NCBI GenBank assembly: GCA_963700285.1
Contig: CAVOXA010000014.1
Span: 96,001-160,000 of the forward strand
DNA: 64,000 nucleotides
DNA from: an uncultured Chloroflexia bacterium
GTDB lineage: Bacteria; Chloroflexota; Anaerolineae; JAAYZQ01
Reading direction: 5' to 3'
Numbering within the stretch: the stretch's first letter is position 1; each line of letters begins with the position of its first letter. A program made the translations under genes and the position numbers. Under the pieces are notes generated by a model that worked only from the letters and a program-made list of their open reading frames with translations, ran no database searches and was not told where the DNA came from. Positions 40,947 through 49,532 of this stretch are shown piece after piece.

Positions 40947-41453
40947 ATGGACCGTCAAGTTCAGACACCGCAGAACCACACCGACACCGGCCTTGACACA
41001 GACCAGGTAGACCGCCGCAGATTCCTGACCTGGCTAACCCGGGGCTCGCTGGCCGCGGCGGGCGCCCTCGCCATCGGCCAGGTCGTCCGCTTTCTCTCCT
41101 TTGAACCGCCCAATCCTATCTCGAGCATCGTTGCCCTTGGCCTTCCGGGCGACTATCCGCGGGGCACGCTGGTCTATGTTCCTGAAGCACAGGCCTACGT
41201 CGGCCACGATGCGCCGGGCTTTTACGTCGTCGACGCCGTCTGCACCCACCTGGGCTGTCTCGTGGAGCAAGGAGAGGCGGGCGAGTTCGTCTGCCCCTGC
41301 CACGACAGTCGCTTTGACGCCCAGGGAAAGGCCGAAAACGGGCCGGCCACCAAACCTTTGCGCTTCCTTTACATCTGGCTGGACCAGGACGAGGGCCAGT
41401 TGATGGTTGACCGGGCCAATCCGGTGGATCCCGCGGCGCGTCTGGCCATCTGA
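40947..41453 (+). CDS. Rieske 2Fe-2S subunit of a Rieske/cytochrome b complex
   Basis: DRRRFL Tat-like signal, CTHLGC and CPCHDSRF. Confidence 0.92.
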   Translation: MDRQVQTPQNHTDTGLDTDQVDRRRFLTWLTRGSLAAAGALAIGQVVRFLSFEPPNPISSIVALGLPGDYPRGTLVYVPEAQAYVGHDAPGFYVVDAVCTHLGCLVEQGEAGEFVCPCHDSRFDAQGKAENGPATKPLRFLYIWLDQDEGQLMVDRANPVDPAARLAI

Positions 41454-41480
41454 GATCCCACACGAATCAGGAAGACATCC

Positions 41481-42497
41481 ATGTCCCAGCGCCGTCCCAA
41501 TTTCTACTACCACTTGCATCCCCCGACGATCCCCGCCCGGGAGGCTCGCGCTGTTTACACCTTCGGGTTGGGCGGCATCTCGCTGCTGCTGTTTCTCGTA
41601 CTGGGCATCACCGGCGTGATCGAGATGTTCATCTATGTGCCTGCTCCCGAACTGGCCCACGAATCGATCCGGCAGATCACCTATCGGGCACCCTACGGCT
41701 GGCTGCTGCGCAACCTGCATTTCTGGGCCGGCCAACTGATGGTGGGTACCGTCGTCCTGCACATGGCTCGCGTCGTACTCAGTGGGGGCTACAAGGCAGG
41801 GCGCAGGGCCAACTGGCTCATCGGCGTGGCGCTGTTGTTCCTGACGCTGGTCCTCAACTTTACCGGCTTTGTCCTGCGCTGGGATCAGGACACCTCCTGG
41901 GCGCTCATGGTCGGTACCAACCTAGTGGCGGCCATCCCCGGCCTCGGCCCGGCACTGTACCGCTTTGTAGTTGGCGGAACCACCATCGGCGCCGCGGCCC
42001 TGATCCGCTTCTACACCTGGCACATCCTGGGTCTGGCCCTGCCGGCCCTGCTGCTCACGACGTGGCACCTCTTCCGGGTCCGTCGCGACGGAGGCATCTC
42101 CAGCCGGCAGCGAGCGCCCCGCGTGGGCCGGGAGCGGTTGGTCCGTACCGAGATAACCGCGGCCCTGCTGACCCTGGCCGCCCTGGTCGGGCTCAGCCTG
42201 CTGCTGGACGCGCCCCTGGCTCCCCCCGCCGATCCCACCGCCCTGGTCGCCGAGCCGAAGGCGCCCTGGTTCTTTCTGTGGATCCAGGAACTGCTGCGCA
42301 TCGCCTCGCCCTTCCTGGCCGGCGTGCTGGTGCCGTTGGTTGTTCTGCTGGTGCTGGGTATCTTGCCCTACAGCCTGGACCGCAGCGACCGGGGCATCGC
42401 CCAGTGGTTCAATCGCCCAGGGCGCGCGGCCCAGATCGTCTTTCTGTTCATCCTCGTCGGAGCCGTGCTATTGACCCTGCGCGGTGTACTGCGCTAG
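41481..42497 (+). CDS. Cytochrome b (b6-like N-part fused to subunit IV-like C-part)
   Basis: GWLLRNLHFW..LHMARV, FYTWH..WH heme ligands, APWF at the PEWY position. Confidence 0.9.
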   Translation: MSQRRPNFYYHLHPPTIPAREARAVYTFGLGGISLLLFLVLGITGVIEMFIYVPAPELAHESIRQITYRAPYGWLLRNLHFWAGQLMVGTVVLHMARVVLSGGYKAGRRANWLIGVALLFLTLVLNFTGFVLRWDQDTSWALMVGTNLVAAIPGLGPALYRFVVGGTTIGAAALIRFYTWHILGLALPALLLTTWHLFRVRRDGGISSRQRAPRVGRERLVRTEITAALLTLAALVGLSLLLDAPLAPPADPTALVAEPKAPWFFLWIQELLRIASPFLAGVLVPLVVLLVLGILPYSLDRSDRGIAQWFNRPGRAAQIVFLFILVGAVLLTLRGVLR

Positions 42498-42572
42498 CCT
42501 CTTGAGCTTGCCCATTCGCAGTGCATGTGTGAGCACTGGCTGCTCGATCTGGCTACAGGTCGGGCCTCGCTG

Positions 42573-42619
42573 GTAGTGCGCGCTTCAGCGCGCTTTTTTT
42601 GCGCTGGAGCGCCTACTAC
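42573..42619. repeat. GTAG-type REP-like inverted repeat between convergent genes
   Basis: GTAGTGCGCGCTTCAGCGC ... GCGCTGGAGCGCCTACTAC. Confidence 0.55.
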
Positions 42620-42636
42620 AAGACTCCGCCAGGACA

Positions 42637-43884
42637 TCAGTCGCCAGCTCCCGTCCTGATCACCAGCAGCGCCATGTCGTCAAACTGTGCTGCCCCTGCT
42701 TGGAACTGGCCGACGCGCTCAAAAACCAGGTCACACGCTCCTTGGGCATCCATTGCGCTGGCAGCAAGCATGGTATCCTGGAAACACTTCACCCCAAAGA
42801 ACTCACCAGAGGGCGAGATGGCATCCGTGATGCCGTCGGTGTAGAGGATGAGCAAGTCGCCAGAACCCAGACACACAGCGACTTCCTCAAGTACCACCTC
42901 TTCGACGACGCCCAACGCCATGCCCTCAGCATCCAGGACCTTGCACTCGCCCAGGTCAGCCTGCAAGAGCAGAGGACGATCGTGACCGGCCCTGACGTAT
43001 TGAAGGAGGCCCTGCCCCACATCGAGGACTCCGTAAAAGACGGTGACAAACATGCCAACCTGGCTCATCTCCAGCAGCAGGCAGTTGACATTGAGCAGCA
43101 CGGACCGGGGCGAGGGGTTGCGTTGGGCTTCGGCCCGGATCAAACTCCGGGTGAGGGCCATGAACAGCGCCGCGGCCATGCCCTTGTCCGACACGTCGGC
43201 CATCACCAGACCCACACGCTGGTCGCCCAGGGGGAAAACGTCATAAAAGTCACCGCCTACCTGCCTCGCGGGCCGGTAGCGGGCCGCACATTCCAAGCCC
43301 GGCAGGCGCGGGAATGCGCGGGGCAGGAAGCTGTGCTGGATGCCGCGGGCAAGCTCCAGCTCCCGCTCCAGGCGCTCCTTTTCCACCAGTTGGGCCTGAG
43401 CCTCCTCCAGTTCGCGAAAGGCCCGGGCCAGCTCCTCGTTCTTGCGCTGCAGATCGGCGATCATCTGCTGGTCTGACTCCCGCAGCCGGGCGCTGAGTAC
43501 CTGCATCGTACGGTACATCAACTGGGGCTGTTCCGACAGCAGGGAGTTCATGCCCGCTTCGGAAAGCTCCAGCAGCGTCGTGGGCTCCAGGGCGCGGATC
43601 GTGGCCGAGCGTGGCCGGCCGTCGACGAGGCCCATCTCGCCAAAGATCTGCCCTGGACCGCGTCTGCTCAGGACCATCTCTTCAGCGCCCTGCCCTTTGA
43701 CCACTTCGACCTGCCCTTCCACGATTATGTACACTTCACGTCCGGCGGTTCCCTCCCGCACGATCGTTTGCCCCGGCGCAAAGCTCCGCTCCTGCGCTGT
43801 CTCGGCCACCCATTCTAGCAGCTCCGGTCCAGCACCTTTCAGAAAGGGTACCTGGATCAAGACCTCCCTATCGAGCCTGGTCAT
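42637..43884 (-). CDS. cNMP-binding domain + coiled coil + PP2C/SpoIIE (RsbU-like) phosphatase
   Basis: FGEMGLVDGRPRSAT; VGGDFYD, ADVSDKG, YTDGITDA, DDMAL. Confidence 0.93.
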   Translation of the reverse strand: MTRLDREVLIQVPFLKGAGPELLEWVAETAQERSFAPGQTIVREGTAGREVYIIVEGQVEVVKGQGAEEMVLSRRGPGQIFGEMGLVDGRPRSATIRALEPTTLLELSEAGMNSLLSEQPQLMYRTMQVLSARLRESDQQMIADLQRKNEELARAFRELEEAQAQLVEKERLERELELARGIQHSFLPRAFPRLPGLECAARYRPARQVGGDFYDVFPLGDQRVGLVMADVSDKGMAAALFMALTRSLIRAEAQRNPSPRSVLLNVNCLLLEMSQVGMFVTVFYGVLDVGQGLLQYVRAGHDRPLLLQADLGECKVLDAEGMALGVVEEVVLEEVAVCLGSGDLLILYTDGITDAISPSGEFFGVKCFQDTMLAASAMDAQGACDLVFERVGQFQAGAAQFDDMALLVIRTGAGD

Positions 43885-43959
43885 GCGTCCTCACTCAAGC
43901 TACGGCCAAAGAACACCTTGCCCTCCATCCCCTGCCGGTGCACGGCCTGACCTGGTGCC

Positions 43960-44095
43960 CGGATGCCAGGCCGGTGTTGATGCCGACCCGCACACCAAAG
44001 CCATGGAGGCCGCGGTTTCGCTCCCGATGTGTCGTGTACTCTTGCGCACCCTTATGGCTACCACGTCACAAGCGTCCAGGGCCAAATCGGCCCAA
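43960..44095 (-). pseudogene. Relic fragment of a class III adenylate/guanylate cyclase
   Basis: Start-less minus frame reads GAQEYTTHRERNRGLHGFGVRVGINTGL (VRVGINTGL at 43967-43993), the R-x-G-I-[NH]-T-G motif of class III cyclases. Confidence 0.55.
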
Positions 44096-44286
44096 TCGCA
44101 GCTTCAACCTGTATTGGGCAGCAACGTCAATTGAAAGTATACCACAGTTGGGGGGAATCTACCACTGCCGAGAGACCATGCCAAACTGGACCAGTCTGGC
44201 ACGCAGGTGGCATTCTCGTTCACACGGTATCCTAGCCGCGAGGGCTTGTTGCTTTCAGGGTAACAGAGCTGATCTGGTCTTTCGAG

Positions 44287-47200
44287 TCAAGCCACGCGCT
44301 GCAGGTCCAGCAACCGCCTGCTTGTGTCGCGTTCAAGCTGCCGGCCCACGTACAGGTGCTCGCTGACCAGGCGGTCGAAATCATCTTTGGTTAAGGCCAA
44401 TACGCGTGTCGGCGCCAGGGCCGTGACGGTGGCCGTACGAGGAACTTGAAGCAAGAGCGCGATCTCGCCCACGTACTCGCCTGGCCCGCGCTCAGCAGCG
44501 ACGCGCAGCTCGCCATCCTGGCCCACGGATACCTGTACCCGCCCCGACTCGATGACATAGAAGGTCTCCCCCATCTCACCCTGGCGCATGAGGGCTGCGC
44601 CAGGCTCGTAGGTCTGGGCTTGCAGTTGGGCAGCGACGAGCCGGAGCTGTTGGGCGCCCATCTCGGCAAAGAGCGGTACGCGCCTCAGCAGTTCCACCTG
44701 GGTTATGGAGCGATCCACCTTGTCCCGCAGGGCAAAGCGAGCTTTGACCAACTGTTCAAAGTCGCGGCGGCTCAAGGACAGCAACTCTGTGGGTATTGTC
44801 GTCCGGCATGTGGCGTTGCGCGGGGCATCGTGCAGCAGCGCCAGCTCGCCAAAATAGCCCCCTCGGTCCAGTTGGTTCACCACCTCGGAGACTCCTCGTT
44901 CGTCGCGCTGTGTCACCTCGACGTGCCCGTGCCGGACGATGAAGAACCGGTCCCCGCGCTCACCCTGGCGGATGACGGCCCGGCCAGGCCCGTGGTGCTC
45001 TACCCGCAGGCGGGAGCAGACCAGGTCAACCTCGGCACCGTCCATGGTAGCGAAAAGGGGCATGCGCTGCAGCAGGCGCCTGTAATCCTGCTGTACAGTC
45101 TGAAAGTCAGCACTCAGGCTCTCGGCCCGCTTTACCTCGCGGAACAGGTATTGGACTCCGATCTCCCGCTCCTCCCAGGGCAACCCATCGTAGGCCCGCT
45201 GCAGAGACCGCACCGCCAGCTTTTCCCCTACCTCCTCGGCGGTCAGGTCCAGGAGCAGCCCCAGCACGGCAGCATAGATCTCGCCCTGCTCGATGAGGGG
45301 GCGCTCCGAGACTGTGGCCTCCTCGACCTGCCCTGCGACGATGCTCACCGCCCAGCCAGCGGCCAGGGCATAGTTGTTGAAACGCTCCACCAGGTTGCGG
45401 GCAGCCCGGTCGCCGGCAATCTGGCGGAACTGCTCCACGAGGTCGGACACAGTCCAGCCCAGGGCCCTTTGCAGACGGCGCCCGTCGCTCAGGTCAACCA
45501 CGGCCCTGGGTTGGTCGCTCAGGAGGGCGATGGACCTGAAGGCCAGGTGGTGGAGCAAAAGCCCTCCAGCCAGGAGCAGATAGGCAAGCAGCGGAACGCG
45601 GCCGGTGAGCGCCGAGACCGCCATTCCTCCCAGGCTGAAGATCAGCAGCGTCCAGGCCGGACCAAAACTCGTCCGCCAGAAAGAGACCAGGGTAGGCGCC
45701 ATCAGGGCCAGTGTCAGCAGCGGGAGCAGCCAGCCGCTGACGGTCAACAGCGCCCCGGCAACCGTAGGGCTGGCCTGCTGCTGTCGCGCGACCAGCCACA
45801 ACACCAAGCCGTAGCTTCCCGCCAGGCCAAGGACCAGCAGGGCCTTTCCCATCCGGCTCATCTCTTTGAGCTTCGCGCCGGAAAACAGGAGGAGGCCGGC
45901 CACGGCCAGAGCGCCATAGGCCAGGTAGGCCAGACCGATGGCGACAGGTGCGACGAGAATGGGCAGCACAGGCTGCCCTTCTTTCACCGCAATCGCCCCG
46001 GTTCCCACAAGTCCGATCAGCACAAGACTCGGCACAAGAGCCAGGGAAAAGAGCCCTATCAGCCAGAACACAGGCGACAGGCGGGATCCTGCATAGTCGG
46101 AAGCAATGCGCCAGGCGAGAAAGGCGGCAATGCTCAGAGCAGCCACGCCGATAACCGGGGTCAGCGCCCGGTAGGATAAGGCAGCAGGTACCAGGCTGAG
46201 CGCGACTGCGGCAGCCAGGAGCAAGGCAGCCACATTCCAGGGGTTGGCAAAGAGGCCCTTCCGGGCCGCCCAGAGCACAACCTTGCGGACCATGCTTAGC
46301 AGGGCCAGGCCGATGGATAGGACCAGGAGCAGGCTGAGGGCCGCCAACCCCAGGGCAAGCAAGATCCTGCCCACGCCGCCGCCCCGAGTCCACAGGTCGC
46401 GCAGCGCCCCAGCCAGCCGCCGCTGCCAAAAGTAGGCGCCCATCAAGATGGCGTAGGCGGTCCAGGCCGCCGACAACAGGCCAAAGACAGTAAAGATCTT
46501 TTCCTCGCGGGAGAAGGAGGGCAGGACGCCTTTAGGGCTGGCCGAGACTTCGGAAGTCTTGGAGACTTCCGAAGTCTGCTCTTGCCGGACAGCCTTGACC
46601 TTTTCCCACAAACCACCCCGGATAAAGGCCAGCGATTTGCGCCGCAGCATGGGGATGTCGAGCCAGTCCATGAGCAAGTAATAGCCATCCAACTCTAGCA
46701 GGGGATTGAGGTTGAAAAAGACCGTCAGGTAAGACAGAAAGGCGAACTGGAAGAGCAGGGGGTTCAGCGCGAAGGCAGGCCAGAGAAAGAGTACGATACT
46801 GGCCAGGCCTCCCAGGATCAGACCCGAGTAAGGGCCCGCCCAGGTGACGGCCAGGCGAGCCCGTTTGCCCTCCAGCCAGATGTCGGTGGTATCCACGAAA
46901 AAGGCGGGCATGCCAAAATAGATCATAAACCCGCCGCGCCGCACTTCGCGCCCATAGTGCTTGACCGTCAGGGCGTGGGCCATCTCGTGGATGAGGACGG
47001 CGAACAGGTTGGCCACGATCAGGCCCATCATGCCCAGCGCGATAGAACCGGCGATGGTCACCACGCCGTACTGTCCCCCGCGCAGGGCCTGGACAAAGGC
47101 ATAAAAGCCCAGTACCGTTACGAGCAGGTAGAGGATCAGCACCGGTCGGGCGAAGAGCAATCCACCGACCCGCCGATAGACACCACTCAACGCGCGATCC

Positions 47201-47682
47201 AGGCCACCGATGGTGAATTGCCTTTGCAGAAAAGACTGCCAGACCCGGGCCAGACGGTATTGGGGACGGCGTCTCAGCAGGCGGCCCCGCACCCGCTGGT
47301 AGACGTTGACCGGCCGCTCGCTGAGCAGCAGGCCAGCTTTGAGCCCCTCTACCAGGGCGGCCACACGAGCAAAGGCAAAGGAACCATATTCAAGAAAGTA
47401 GGCAACGACCAGGTCCTTGACCGTGCGGCGGCCATCCATCCGCTCCCACAAGAAGTGGTCCCGGTCGCTCAGGCGGTAGTAGGTCTTGGTGGCTGGATTC
47501 TTCAAGACATAGTACACGCCATCGCGCCCTGTCAGGCGGCTGGCTATCACGCCCGGCGCCGCCTGGGGTCGGTATTGGGCCATCTCCAGCTTTTCGTACA
47601 GCCAGGCCTTCAGGCCCAGCCAGCCCTGATCGGGCTGGCTGGTCTCTTGCCGCAGCGTGTCCCAGAGGGAGGTTGCTTCCAT
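44287..47682 (-). CDS. PqqD/RRE-like domain + M50 (site-2) zinc metalloprotease + multi-TM region + two cNMP-binding domains
   Basis: YYVLKNPATKTYYRL..FLWERMDGRRTVKDL; IHEMAH, AGP, NLNPLLELDGYY; FGELALLHDAPRNAT and VGEIALLLQVPRTAT. Confidence 0.88.
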   Translation of the reverse strand: MEATSLWDTLRQETSQPDQGWLGLKAWLYEKLEMAQYRPQAAPGVIASRLTGRDGVYYVLKNPATKTYYRLSDRDHFLWERMDGRRTVKDLVVAYFLEYGSFAFARVAALVEGLKAGLLLSERPVNVYQRVRGRLLRRRPQYRLARVWQSFLQRQFTIGGLDRALSGVYRRVGGLLFARPVLILYLLVTVLGFYAFVQALRGGQYGVVTIAGSIALGMMGLIVANLFAVLIHEMAHALTVKHYGREVRRGGFMIYFGMPAFFVDTTDIWLEGKRARLAVTWAGPYSGLILGGLASIVLFLWPAFALNPLLFQFAFLSYLTVFFNLNPLLELDGYYLLMDWLDIPMLRRKSLAFIRGGLWEKVKAVRQEQTSEVSKTSEVSASPKGVLPSFSREEKIFTVFGLLSAAWTAYAILMGAYFWQRRLAGALRDLWTRGGGVGRILLALGLAALSLLLVLSIGLALLSMVRKVVLWAARKGLFANPWNVAALLLAAAVALSLVPAALSYRALTPVIGVAALSIAAFLAWRIASDYAGSRLSPVFWLIGLFSLALVPSLVLIGLVGTGAIAVKEGQPVLPILVAPVAIGLAYLAYGALAVAGLLLFSGAKLKEMSRMGKALLVLGLAGSYGLVLWLVARQQQASPTVAGALLTVSGWLLPLLTLALMAPTLVSFWRTSFGPAWTLLIFSLGGMAVSALTGRVPLLAYLLLAGGLLLHHLAFRSIALLSDQPRAVVDLSDGRRLQRALGWTVSDLVEQFRQIAGDRAARNLVERFNNYALAAGWAVSIVAGQVEEATVSERPLIEQGEIYAAVLGLLLDLTAEEVGEKLAVRSLQRAYDGLPWEEREIGVQYLFREVKRAESLSADFQTVQQDYRRLLQRMPLFATMDGAEVDLVCSRLRVEHHGPGRAVIRQGERGDRFFIVRHGHVEVTQRDERGVSEVVNQLDRGGYFGELALLHDAPRNATCRTTIPTELLSLSRRDFEQLVKARFALRDKVDRSITQVELLRRVPLFAEMGAQQLRLVAAQLQAQTYEPGAALMRQGEMGETFYVIESGRVQVSVGQDGELRVAAERGPGEYVGEIALLLQVPRTATVTALAPTRVLALTKDDFDRLVSEHLYVGRQLERDTSRRLLDLQRVA
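46545..46577. repeat. In-frame palindromic repeat (TSEVSKTSEV) inside the M50 gene
   Basis: AGACTTCGGAAGTCT-TGG-AGACTTCCGAAGTCT. Confidence 0.8.
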
Positions 47683-47698
47683 AAGATGTCCAAGACAT

Positions 47699-47727
47699 CG
47701 AGCCGTCCGCACAGTGCGGACGGCTCG
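47699..47727. repeat. Perfect inverted repeat between precursor gene 1 and the protease gene
   Basis: CGAGCCGTCCGCAC-A-GTGCGGACGGCTCG. Confidence 0.8.
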
Positions 47728-47794
47728 GTGCGGTTGTCAGACCCCCGATAGGCACTGACAAACCTGGGATTGAGGGGAAGAGATAATGTTAAAT

Positions 47795-48067
47795 CTAGAC
47801 GATCTTGAACTCCGGTCCCACCATAGGACCGGCGTCGACGCTGCCAAAGGCCACCATTCCGGCAAAGTCCATTTTGGAGATGCGCTCGTCCAGAGTACCG
47901 GCCAGCGTCTCCATGGTCTCTGCGTCAAGACTCTTCAGTGCGGCCACCTCCTCGTCCGTCAGCTCAAAGCCCGCCAGCGCCTCCTCGGGGCTGGCAAACA
48001 GAGCCTCGCGAAAGTCTTTCTCCAGTACTGCCTTGCCGATGACAGTTTCCACAGCTTCCTTGGACAT
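47795..48067 (-). CDS. NHLP-clan (Os1348/Franean1_4349-like) RiPP-type precursor peptide 1, 90 aa
   Basis: MSKEAVETVIGKAVLEKDFREALFASPEEALAGFELTDEE..LDERISK + 25-aa tail; AGGAG RBS. Confidence 0.8.
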   Translation of the reverse strand: MSKEAVETVIGKAVLEKDFREALFASPEEALAGFELTDEEVAALKSLDAETMETLAGTLDERISKMDFAGMVAFGSVDAGPMVGPEFKIV

Positions 48068-48128
48068 GGTACACGCTCTCCTTTTCTTGAGTTTGGTCTC
48101 TCGGCCTGATGGGCTCAAATCTGACCTC

Positions 48129-48194
48129 ATTCTACAGCACAACCGGGCTCCTGTCTATGACCGCCTTCACAGGCTGACTGTGACCTGCGTCACA
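48129..48194 (-). promoter_or_regulatory. CRP-dependent (class II) promoter of precursor 1 with tandem CRP boxes
   Basis: TGTGA-CCTGCG-TCACA (48179-48194), TATGA-CCGCCT-TCACA (48156-48171), -10 TAGAAT (48134-48129); proximal box centred at about -41.5. Confidence 0.8.
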
Positions 48195-48201
48195 GTATCG
48201 C

Positions 48202-48822
48202 TCAGCGGCGACAACCAATGTCCGCCAGCAGAACTTCTAGGGCCGCGATGTTCCGCTGCTTTCCCGTCCCGCGAAGGGCCCGCGCTGCCCCGGTAAAGTA
48301 GGTGTGTTCTCGAAGGAACTGGAGTTGGCGGCGATACCAGGCTTCCTTACCCAGCCGCACACCGTGCGCCGCCCACTCGGCACGCAGCGCCTCACTCTGA
48401 ACCAGGCCATCCTCCCGCCCCAGGCTATCGAGGTCAGCATCGGCCAGGATCTCTTCTAGGGACGTAAGGGGTCGCTGCGGCAGCCTGGTGGCCAGGATCA
48501 GCCCCTGGACCACGGACACCTGTTTTGGCGTGAAACCAAAGCAGGGCAGGACCAGGACCACGATCTCGGCGCCGGCCCGTTCGTGGTCGTGGTACTGGAA
48601 CAAGAATCCAATGTCATGATAGGCCGCGGCGATTTCGATGAGCCGGGTCTCATCCTCATCCATGCTGCTGGCCGCCGCCAATCGCAGGGCTGCGGGCAGC
48701 ACGTCATCGTTTGTATGGGAAAAGTTGTGGTAGGTCAGTTCCGGAGCCAGTTCGCTTTGCAGGCGGTCCAGCGCATAGCGCTTGGCAGCCTCAAAATCGG
48801 ACTGGCGGTGAGGGTAGCGCAT
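48202..48822 (-). CDS. HD-domain metal-dependent phosphohydrolase (possible cNMP phosphodiesterase)
   Basis: YHNFSHT, AAAYHDIGF, HE, ILADADL; ATG 48822. Confidence 0.85.
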   Translation of the reverse strand: MRYPHRQSDFEAAKRYALDRLQSELAPELTYHNFSHTNDDVLPAALRLAAASSMDEDETRLIEIAAAYHDIGFLFQYHDHERAGAEIVVLVLPCFGFTPKQVSVVQGLILATRLPQRPLTSLEEILADADLDSLGREDGLVQSEALRAEWAAHGVRLGKEAWYRRQLQFLREHTYFTGAARALRGTGKQRNIAALEVLLADIGCRR

Positions 48823-49157
48823 GGCTTCCCGGCCAGCTCCTGCCCACGGCTCTCCGCTCAGAATCTGCCAGCCGGTCACGGCCTCCGGATCCGTTCCCTG
48901 GATAGCCATTGCGCAGGAATGCAGATCATTGGACGCTCACGCGGCAGCCCTCGCCCTTCGCTGCGCATCGACCGCAGTCCACGCATGGGATCCATGTGCG
49001 CTGGAGGGCGCACTTGGAGGCCCGCCCGAGCTTGGCGCAGGAAAGGCACGGGTCTGTGACCCGGCCTGAGGGAATTCGGACGGGCGAGCCGGTGTCATTA
49101 GCCGGCACAGGTGCCGGGGGAGGGAATGCGGCAGCACATGAGTCCGATGCAGGTCTT

Positions 49158-49448
49158 CTATGTGACCTCAATCAGGGACGCCCTGCCCATGTCACCCGAC
49201 TCGCCGGCCCACAGCCCGTTCCAGCCGTAGCTGAGCACGCCCTGGTAGTCACTCTTGGAAATGCGCTCGTCCAGGATGCCGGCAAACGACGCAATGGCCT
49301 CGGCATCGATGGTCTTCAGAGCGGCTGCTTCCGCCTCGGCCAGGTCGTAGCCGGCCAGTGCCCGGTCGGGATCTATGAAGAGGAGGTCGCGGAACTCGCG
49401 GTCCAGCACTGCCCTGCCGATAACGGCCTCTACGGCTTGCTTTGACAT
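49158..49448 (-). CDS. NHLP-clan RiPP-type precursor peptide 2, 96 aa
   Basis: 39/65 leader residues identical to precursor 1 (hand count), LDERISK + 31-aa tail; AAAGGGG RBS. Confidence 0.8.
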   Translation of the reverse strand: MSKQAVEAVIGRAVLDREFRDLLFIDPDRALAGYDLAEAEAAALKTIDAEAIASFAGILDERISKSDYQGVLSYGWNGLWAGESGDMGRASLIEVT

Positions 49449-49532
49449 AGGATTCCCCTTTCTTTCAGGCCGGTCCCGCCCCAGATCGCGGGCGTACCTG
49501 CTACAGCCCCATCGAGATCGCTAACTGGTACG

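Noticed and set aside
44446-46179. Long antisense ORFs (577 aa here; also 57580-59121, 19922-21151, 31848-32834)
   Set aside because: Shadow ORFs opposite well-supported genes in GC-rich DNA, with no motifs or RBS
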